This document shows positions 11,872-21,779 of a stretch of 64,000 nt of DNA, piece by piece; within the stretch, counting starts at the first letter, position 1, and every line of letters begins with the position of its first letter. The notes beneath the pieces were generated by a model. The model saw only the letters and a list, made by a program, of their open reading frames with translations. It was not told the DNA's origin and searched no databases. This stretch comes from Mobula hypostoma (Eukaryota), in the NCBI RefSeq assembly GCF_963921235.1, contig NC_086118.1, forward strand, positions 18,168,001 through 18,232,000, in the 5' to 3' direction. The position numbers and the translations under genes are program-made.

Positions 11872-13502
11872 GTATGTCTTGAAACAATCCAACATTTAAT
11901 GAGGAGAGGAGAAGGAGTAACAAAATGAAAATTAATGATTTCTTCAGTCGTAGTAAAGCTTGTATTACTGAGTACCATGTCCCTTCTTCCACATTAATTT
12001 GAGCATGGACACAGAGTCTTAGTTAGGCTTTCTTTTTTGAGGTTGTCATTTCTGAATGTCTAGCACTTACATCATCCAGTAATATCTGAATACCTGGAAT
12101 CTACTTCAGATGTATGAGTATTAAGCTGAACCTCATTCTTGATAGGCTGATGATGCCCCTATTATGGGGTGGGGGGTGTTTGCATGGTTGCATTCCCTGG
12201 GAAATAGTCCTGTAATGTTGAATCAAGTTTGCCGGTCTAGCAAGTGAGACAGAAATCACTCCCTACGAATAGGTATATTAATCATTCATTTACAAACAGT
12301 AAAAATTCAACCAGTCAGGCATGTTCCCCAAGTTGCAGAAACTACGAAGCTGAATATTGAACAAACATACTTAGTTAAAACAGTGTGCAGAGTATACCTT
12401 CTCAATGGTCATATGCATTGCGTGCCTTAAACAAAGGAAGAGAGAGGAACATTCCACATACGCTGTATACATACCCAGGATATTTGAAACTGGACACCAG
12501 GCATCTAATCAATGGGAAAAGCAGCTGCAGTTTCTAAACTAACCAATCACGGTGGAAACAACTTTTTACAATCAGAATAAGGCAGCTGCCACCCCCCCCC
12601 CCCACCCCGTCACAGGATAAGTATATCCTGATTTTCTGTAATATGAAGCTATATCATCTATGTATGTGTCAAGGAGTCGAGCTTAAAAGGAATTGTGTTT
12701 ATTTCTATTTTTTCCTGCGCATAATTCCCATGAGATTTTATATTTCAATTTTTTGGGTAGTGACTTGTCAGTTCTGTAAGGGTAAATTTCCATTTTCCCA
12801 AATGATGAGAATGCAGGAATTGCCTGTATTTTTACCAGAAAGAAAATTTGCCTGACACACAATTGGTCAACAAAATTTACTAATATGTGAACACAATCCA
12901 CCAAATCAAATCAAGCCTGCACTTACCCAGTTTTGATGCAGTGACACAAATTCTGAGTGGCAAAAAATGTCTCCCAAGATACAGTGAATAAACCCCAATC
13001 CTCAGAACTTTGCTATCTCGAAAAACACCATCTCCAACTTTGCCAGCTGTCAAGCTGTAAAAGATGGTAAATGTTTCTGACATTCAAAGACAGATAAGCA
13101 CTATTAAAGGTGGAGTTAATAAGTAAAAAGAAAAGCTAGAAATAGCCTGCAAAGGATAAATAATTAAAAACAGTAAACAAAACCAAAATAAATTTTAAAA
13201 AGGAAATTTCACTTCTACTTTGTTTTTCTAACCCTAGTATTGCAATCTCTATTGACATCAATGAAGTCGCAGATTCTGCAGCAGTTTTGAGATTTAAGAA
13301 GTGGTTGTCCGCAGCTTTAACGCTGAGGAGTCTTAGCAAGCTGAATCTCCACTAATATAGTCTATATGGAATCCAGCAGTAGTGCATGCTCACAGATTAT
13401 TTTCGGTACATTGTGGGCTTCGGCATTTGGTAACACATGCTTATAAGTCTCAGATTTGCTGCTGCTTAAATGTTAAAGGCTGATGATTGAGTTAGGAGCT
13501 AT

Positions 13503-14277
13503 CATAGAAACATAGAAACATTGAAAATAGGTGCAGGAGTAGGCCATTCGGCCCTTCGAGCCTGCACCGCCATTCAGTATGATCATGGCTGATCATCCAA
13601 CTCAGAACCCTGTACCTGCCTTCTCTCCATACCCCCTGATGCCTTTAGCCACAAGGGCCATATCTAACTCCCTATTAAATATAGCCAATGAACTGGCTTC
13701 AACTGTTTCCTGTGGCAGAGAATTCCACAGATTCTCCACTCTCTGTGTGAAGAAGTTTTTCCTAATCTCAGTCCTAAAAGGCTTCCCCTTTATCCTCAAA
13801 CTGTGACCCCTCGTTCTGGACTTACCCAACATCGGGAACAATCTTCCTGCATTTAGCCTGTCCAATCCCTTTAGGATTTTATACGTTTCAATAAGATCCC
13901 CCCTCAATCTTCTAAATTCCAATGAGTATAAGCCTAGCCGATCCAGTCTTTCATCATATGAAAGTCCTGCCATCCCAGGAATCAATCTGGTGAACCTTCT
14001 TTGTACTCCCTCTATGGCAAGAATGCCTTTCTTCAGATTAGGGGACCAAAACTGCACACAATACTCCAGGTGTGGTCTCACCAAGGCCTTGTACAACTGC
14101 AGTAGTACCTCCCTGCTCCTGTACTCGAATCCTCTCGCTATAAATGCCAGCATACCATTCGCCTTATTCACCGCCTGCTGTACCTGCATGCCCACTTTCA
14201 ATGACTGGTGTATAATGACACCCAGGTCTCGTTGCACCTCCCCTTTTCCTAATCGGCCACCATTCAGATAATAATCA
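13503..14277 (-). mobile_element. Young 5'-truncated CR1 LINE
   Basis: Uninterrupted ORF2 C-terminus (LVRPHLEYCVQFWSP, RRLRGDLIETYKI) plus 3' UTR and (tttctatg)n tail at about 13503-13520. Confidence 0.92.
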
Positions 14278-15689
14278 TTTACCAACAATATTGAGGTCTA
14301 TTAATCATTTAGCTGCTTTTGGACTCTAACTGGCACATGAACATTGTTTTGTTCTGTCCAGCTAGAGTGCTTAAGTGTCCTCTTTATGAGGCAACTCCAC
14401 ACGTGACCCTCTACTAAGAGAGACAGAATGAACTGTCAGTATTTGGAGATTGTATAGACTGAACTGTAGAACAGCAAAGAGGTTTTTAATTAGCAGCTGA
14501 TCAAGTCTTCTGTGGTAGGCTATCACTCAAAGGGAAATGTATCTGCCTGTAGCTTGAATCCAGTGCATTCCACTCCATGACACAAGAGCATTAGATTATG
14601 GAGAACGAATTCGACGATTTACTCTTGCAGAACCAGTCATCAATATTGTGGCTGATGCTTACTAAAGATCCATTTTCCTCCACTATCCACATAATCCCTG
14701 ATTCCCTTAATCAATCTGTTTTAAAAGAACTGAGTAAATGAACTTATGTAAGGTTTGAGATCTCCAAAAAAATACCTTGCTTTGATTGAAAAAATAAACT
14801 CGTTTTGTCCAAACTAAATGACATGCACCTTGTTCTTAGAGTATGATCTACTGTATCAGATTCTTCAGCAAGAAAATATTCTCTGCATTGTCATTATGAA
14901 GCATTGTAAGAATCTTCAGAGTTTCCATGAGGTTGGATCTCATTCTTCTAAATTCTGGAAACTATGGGCTTAATTGATTTAACCCCTCATATGGCAAACC
15001 TGCCATACTAAAAACTGGTTTGGTGGCTCTTCTTTGCACTCTCTATGGAAAGTATACTCTTGTTTACTTCATAACAAACTTGTATCCAACGTCCAGATGT
15101 GGCCTCATAAAGGCCCCATGTAATGCAGTGATGCAGTGAAGCAGAAGTAAAATAATAGGTATACTAATGGATTACTGAAGTACCATTTCATGTCTCCAGA
15201 CTATTTTACTTTGAACAAGTATTACTTCCTTTTAAATGACAGCATCCCAGCAGAAGTAACTTCTCAGACTTCAGTTTCATTGAATCCACATGTTTAGTGT
15301 TGAAACTGAAGCTCAAAACACACATCATGATGTTAGTAGTTACATACCATGTGTTTTTTTTTCCTACACAGCCATGAGATTTTGTACATCATACAAAGAT
15401 TATTACTTTTTCTTTCCCTTCAATACCACAAGGAGAAGACTTCACCTTGCTCTCCTCCAAGTACAGAATTTAATGTTAGCTAGCAGGATTTAATAGTACA
15501 CAGTTTGCTCAGGCAGTGAAAATAAATTTCCGAGTTGTTAATAAAATATAAAAATAACAAACATCGTTGTAATTCATGAGTCAAACTTCAAGACAAATGA
15601 AGTGTACATCAGTGTGATCCTAAGATGATATATTGAACAAATACTATCACTGTACTATATTTCTTCCTAACTTTGTTTATTTTTCCTAG

Positions 15690-16079
15690 GGTGAACTGAC
15701 TATGACTAGTGACATGGAGAATTTGCAGAATGCTATCTTCTTTGACCAACTACCAGATTCTTGGAATAAACGAGCCTACCCATCAATGGCTGGGCTAGCC
15801 AATTGGTTTGTTGACCTCCTTTGTCGTATTAAGGAACTGGAAACGTGGACATCTGACTTTGCCCTCCCTTCTGCAGTATGGCTTGCTGGCTTTTTCAATC
15901 CACAGTCTTTCCTCACAGCCATAATGCAGTCTATGGCACGGAAGAATGAGTGGCCTTTAGACAAGATGTGTCTTCAGTGTGATGTTACCAAGAAAAACCG
16001 CGAGGATTGTAGCAGCCCCCCTCGTGAAGGTGCCTATGTACATGGCCTGTTTATGGAGGGAGCCCGCTGGGATTCACAG
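15690..16079 (+). CDS. DNAH9: Dynein heavy chain penultimate exon (130 codons, [15 protein letters not shown]...[12 protein letters not shown])
   Basis: ttttcctag| acceptor, cag|gtactc donor; [14 protein letters not shown] and [10 protein letters not shown] motifs. GELTMTS.MENLQNA and QCD.TKKNRE fit DNAH9 better than DNAH17 as recalled. Confidence 0.93.
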
Positions 16080-16717
16080 GTACTCAGTGAAATTTATCTC
16101 TATAGTTCTAATCAAGTTTAAAAATTGTCATTATTTTTCTCAATTGTTTAATAACTATGCCCGTATTATTTGGTAGTTCAGAGCATTTAAATAAAGCAAC
16201 TGGATTATCTTTCCACATTTGCACAGGTTAATTGAGTACACAGAAACTATAAAAGGAATAGATTTAAAAGTAACAACATTGCTTCTGGGCTTTTTAGTAT
16301 ACTAAATATTCAATTCAAGGGAACCAGGGATTATGGGTACTCCTTGAAGTGTTTAAGTTGTTTCTTTGGAGACAGTTTTTTTTATGCTGCTTGGCACTAT
16401 TGCAATGCATATCACATCATTCCTTCCAAAATGCTCAGTTCTATTCATACTGTTGTGATAAAGCTAGTCCTTGTGATATTTCCTCAATATTTATCATCGT
16501 GTATATCTTTTACCAATTTACTACTGGAGATAAACAAACAAAATAGACTGAAAATCTTGCAGAAGTCAGCAAAAAAATTTTGTTTACTATCTATCTATTG
16601 AGTTCCAACTCAACACCCTCCTCCCCACTGTTAAGTTATAGGTCGCAAAGTTAACTGGAACAATAATATAATAACTAATGCTATAAGAATAGAATAGAGT
16701 CTGGGTATCCTTGTTAC

Positions 16718-17205
16718 TGTAATGTTTTAGAAATAAACCAGCAGCAAGAGATTTTACACTGAGTTAGGTTTTAATGTTAAAACCACTATCTTTATTAGTA
16801 TCTACTTATAATATCGTAACTTAACCAAGATAAATAAATGTTAACAGTGTTATGTGTACATATGCGTGTAAAAATAGCTCCCAAACTGTGTTGAGCTTTG
16901 GGAAACAAGGCTTAGGGTCTTGAGACGGTAAAGTGGGAAAGTTCAGTCATCCACGGAATAAATGATAGGCGAGAGATATTTGTAATCCAGGGTGAAACAT
17001 AGAGAAAAGGTGGTTACGTCGAATTCCTCAGGTAAACAAAAGTATCATCGTCGAAGATCTTGCTCGTTATGTCATTCCAAATCCACACGAGCTATCACCG
17101 GAAGTGACCTGTCACAGAGATATAGTCCTTGAGGGGTTGCCGCACAAGATACCCAGGCAAGGGTTAACACATAAGTGGTCTCCACAGGATATCACGAAAA
17201 ACCAG
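16718..17205 (-). mobile_element. Partial LTR related to the 8370-9633 LTR family
   Basis: Begins TGTAAT; aaccagcagca...ttaggttttaatgttaa...tttattagta resembles the reverse complement of the 3' LTR end at 9540-9633. Right boundary approximate. Confidence 0.55.
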
Positions 17206-18153
17206 GAAGGTAAATGCATAGCCTTCAAGTCCACACAGAACTTAATCCCTAAGAGCAGAGTGGGTATTGCCCATGCATATGGACTGTGGGGTTCAAGAAT
17301 ATGGCTGATTTTACTTTTCAAAGGGAAATCAGTGATGGGAAATAAATCCATATTCTGCTAGGAACACTCAGATTTGGAAAACAAAGGCTACTTATGTGGC
17401 ATTCTAAGCTTAGTTTTTCTGGGCAGTTGTAGAATGAATATCTATTTCGATAATCATAAATTATTAACTGGCAAGTTTAATGCAACATTTGTACATATGA
17501 TACAAAGCTGACTTTTTAAAACATGTTCATTGCAGTGTGAATAATGAATTAATGAAGGCTTCTTTTTGATGGACAAAGTAGTTGACATGATTTCAGGTTT
17601 TCATCCATGAGATGTATTATGTAGATCATAATCTACTGCTCTGAACACTTTTTGAATAGAAAGAGTTCAATCAATGCATATGCCAGTTTGAATTTTGCCT
17701 TGAATGATAGGATTTGGTTAATTAATAATCTAATCTAATAAAGGATCATCATGGTTATCATAATGTGATAGAATTTTATCTTAAGTTTGAGAGTGACACA
17801 TTTCAGTCAGAAATCAAAGTAGAGTTCAAAGTAAATTTGTTATCAAAGTGAATATATGTCACAGCATCTATAGTAAATTCAAGAAACACAATAGAATCAA
17901 TGAAAAACCACACCCAACAGGACGGACAAACAATCAATATGGAAAAGACAACAAACTCCGCAAACACGAGAGAGAAAGAAATAATAATAAAGAAAGATAA
18001 ACAAAGAAGTAATATATATCAAGAAAATAAGATATAGAACCCTTGAAAGAGTCCATAAATTGTGGGGTCAGTTCAGTGATAGAGCTATTGAAGTTATCCT
18101 CTCTATTTCAAGAGCCTGATAGTTGAGAGGTAATAAATTTTCCTGAACAATTT

Positions 18154-18346
18154 GTCAGGACTAACTGAAGGAAGAGCTAGTAAGAGTAAGTAAGACTAGC
18201 TCTTCCTTCAGTTAGTCGTGATGAAGGGTCTCGGCCTGAAACGTCGACTGTACCTCTTCCTAGAGATGCTGCCTGGCCTGCTGCGTTCACCAGTAACTTT
18301 GATGTGTGTTGCTTGAATTTCCAGCATCTGCAGAATTCCTCGTGTT
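18154..18346 (+). mobile_element. Penelope pLTR with 5' inverted hairpin and hammerhead motif
   Basis: Perfect 23-bp inverted repeat 18159-18181 / 18195-18217. AGTC-GTGATGA-AGGGTCTCGGCCT-GAAA-C-GTC-GACT at 18214-18249. Confidence 0.85.
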
Positions 18347-19495
18347 TGTGAATAGAAAGGCAATATGGCTTACACCAGAAGTGAATGCAAGATTAATTAA
18401 AATGGAATTAGACACTAGTTCAGCTGTTTCAGTCATTCCACAAAATGAGTTGGAATGGCATTTCAAACATACTAATCTGCATCCTGCAGATAACCAACTA
18501 AGAACTTATACTGGAGAAAAGAGAACTGTGGGACATTCGTGACAGTGAAATACAACAGCCAACAATGCACATTGAGCTTGTACGTGGTAAAAACAGGAGG
18601 ACCAGCATTGTGGAGATGAAAGTGACTGAGACAACTACAACTTAAGAGGAATGCCATCCACCATTTGCATGTCTCATTCCTTGCAATGAAGCCAACTGAA
18701 AGTGAATTTAAAAAGGTACTGGGTGATGCCACAACTGTCTCCATGAACCGTTGCCAAACAGGGGACAAACAGGAGTTGGTACCAACCTCTATGCCTCTGG
18801 TTGGAAAGCATATTGGACCAAAGAAGGACCAGGTTGCTCAGAGAAAGTGTAAAAGTGATGAAGACACTGGTCTGACTTCAACAGTTTTTGTAGGTAACAT
18901 TATCTGAGGAAGCCTCTGATATGTTAATGAGTCAGTTACTTGTGAAATGTGGCTTGGTTTTAAGCTGGAAGGAGCTTCAGGGAAGTTGCACTCATGCAGT
19001 CTTTGTCAATATAATGATCCAGAATCTACTCTGCATACATTAAGGTTATTGCATGAACTTCAAGTGAGAGATAAAAAGCTGCTTCTAAACCTATATGCAA
19101 ACACCAAAGCCCAGTTAGATGAATGGAAGGCCAAAAAGAAAGGAGTCAATGGAGATACAAAACCAGAGGATTCATCAGATGACATTGTGAATGAGGAAAC
19201 CAAGTGGAGAGATCAGATCATAAAAAGGATAATAGAAGGATTAATAAGAAAATTCTCCAGTGAATTAAATGCATCTTCTCAAGATCATGATGCACAAACT
19301 AGAAGAGAAAAAAAAGGAAGAAGAAAAGTATCCAGAGCTGTCAGAACCACTTCCTGTAATCTTGGAGTCAACTGCTACAACAACCTCAGAAGAGGCCCCA
19401 GAACCTGAGATTGTTTCAAAGCCACAATCTCATCTGCCAAGCAGAGTGATCCCCCTTGTCAGGAAAATCGCTGTCCCACAAGAGTAGGAAAGAAT
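18347..19495 (+). mobile_element. Deleted Gypsy pol remnant (protease to integrase C-terminal tail) with an unrelated insert at about 18900-19320
   Basis: IKMELDTSSAVSVIP is a decayed aspartic protease LDTG motif; Pro/Glu-rich tail ELSEPLP..EEAPEPEIVS at 19335-19490. Confidence 0.65.
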
Positions 19496-20149
19496 AGTAT
19501 TATATAACATACTGCATATATAATATACTTACCCCTGGCGGCTGAAAAACAAGAGACCCCGCAGCTTGAGGCCCGAGTCCATTGAGTGCTGCTAAAAAAA
19601 TCTGCAGTTGGCCACAACAGAGCTTGTCTTCAGCCGAGCAAAACCCTATGAGGGCAGCTCTGACTCCTTTCTGGACACCATGCCACACCGCCCATGATGA
19701 AGCCCACGGCTTCGTCCCCTCGCTCCAGATGACTACAAACAGGCGACACTGTGATTTCAGGCCCAACCCTCACCCCCTCCGTCCACCCCTGCTTGCATCC
19801 AATAAATCAGCGAATCAAACTTGGGGTGTATTGATTGACAATGTCAGAGGGGTCGAGCAATCATAAGAAAAGCGACCATGATGGCCATTTGCTAGTAGAC
19901 TCTAAGCCTCCATCGACTCAGGCAGCAGCACGCTGCGCAGCTCCTTCATTATCTCCGCCAGTGAGCAACTCACTGGTAGTACAGATCTGCAGTCCTTTGA
20001 GTTCTTAACGTATAGCAGGATCTTGTGATCATTAGCCGTACGTATCAGTAGAACAGTAGCACCATTTGCTGACCCCATAAAAGCCGCTTCAACCAGTCGC
20101 ACCATCATCTTTCCAGAATTAGTTTAATATTTTGAAGTTACAAAGCAAC

Positions 20150-21775
20150 ACCCCCTGTCACTATTCCATTCCTGTTCACTTTGTTCTATCAACTCTTAAT
20201 AAAACAATTATTGACCAGCAAGATTCATGCCTTGTTCCTAACTCCTGAAAGAACCTTGGATTTAAGCATCAAAATCCATCAACTGGCATAGTCGGCAGGA
20301 GTTTAAAATTTGTTATAATCAAAGAGAAAGGGGAGAATGTTTAAGGCGCAGCAAAAGGAATAAGAACCTCCTCTGTTGTCAGAGAGGAAAGTTCTGGCTT
20401 CAAATATTGGATAGAAATCAATATTGAGAACTGCAGTGTTACTGTTAAAAAGAGAAACAGCCGTGGAGATATTGGTTGCAGTCTATTTGGTCAGACAGCC
20501 ATCTATGTATTTTGGTACTTGGTGAAAGTAGTGGTTGTATTATCTATTTGGTCACAATCGATTTGCTTATTGGAGTAACCTATATGGTTGCAATCTGTTT
20601 GGTTCTTGAAGCAATCTATTTGCTATTTGGTTGCAATCTATTAATATTTCAAGGTCTTGGTCAAAGTCATAAAAATACATACAGATTAAGATTGAATCTA
20701 AACGGTGACCAAAGTCATGAAACACTAAGAACCCTTACCAGAAAAAATGCATCTCAGCTAGATAAGATCAATGAAAAATCCAGACAAAAAATACCAATGT
20801 TGTTAAGTTTACTCAGAATAAGAAGGAATGCATTAAAGTCTGGGAAATGGCTGCTACTGATTTCAAGCTAATCCCTTGTGTTTGTTTTCATCAAATGTGT
20901 GAGCGATTGCAAGAGTTAATGAGGCGAGTAAAGTCTTTTATTTGTTGAAAGGAACATGAAACTTTCAATAAACTACAAAAACAGCATAGAAAAGACAGTT
21001 AAAAATCTAACGATCAAATCTTTACATGAACTGAACGAGCAGAAGAACAATGCGGTAATTCAGTCAATGTGCAATGTATGAAGTTTCAAAGCAAACTGAA
21101 ATAAAATGGAAAATGCAGCCACGACTTCAAGAGAACGGTCCTGCTAGTGACACTTCAGGTGATGCTGCAAGTGACGCTACTGCTGGTGCTGTGCTTTGGG
21201 ATGCAACTACTTCTGAAGCTCTGCCCAAGGAATTATAGCACACATCGAATGTTCTCTGTTTATAACACCACCATCCAAATGAAAATTACTAGCCTATATA
21301 GGACAGTCCTCCAAGACACCATCTGATCTCCGAGGAATTACAGGATAGACATGACATGGACTCTGCAACGGTGCCCAAGGACTCAAGTGGGGAAAACAGT
21401 GATGGAACAATAAGATTGACAGCTATGTCACAGCTTGCTTCAATACAGTTTAAACTTCAAAGTAAATGTTATTATCAGAGTACACGTATGTCACCACGTA
21501 AACCTCAAGATTCTTTTACCTGCGGACATGCAGTATTGAATAAGTATTTTGTAATTAGATTATTATTATCTGTAGATTAGAATAGATTTTTGTTATCTCT
21601 ATTGTTTAAAAGTAGTTGTTTTGTGCTGAGCGCCTCTTTCTCTAGATCAAGTAGTAAGACCCCCTGTCACAGTTCTGTTCCTGTTCTCTTCATTCTAGCA
21701 GCTCTTAAGAAAAAGATCGTGAAGCAAGTTTTGCCTTGTTCCTGATTTCTTGGGTTTAAACATCGAAATCCATCA
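20150..21775 (+). mobile_element. LTR element with 56-bp internal region (LTR end - tRNA-Ser PBS - PPT - 1.44-kb LTR)
   Basis: Direct repeat 20150-20281 vs 21659-21775, both ending ccatCA. TGGCATAGTCGGCAGGA at 20284-20300; purine tract 20321-20337 followed by TGT at 20338. Confidence 0.65.
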
Positions 21776-21779
21776 GCTG

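Noticed and set aside
10967..14277. Two CR1 fragments sharing ccattcagataataatc as one rearranged element
   Set aside because: Very different decay levels and wrong order; independent copies overlapping in consensus coordinates.
19525..19545. ATACTTACC resembling the U1 snRNA 5' end
   Set aside because: Similarity stops after 9 nt with no U1 stem-loops; better read as a minus-strand splice donor.
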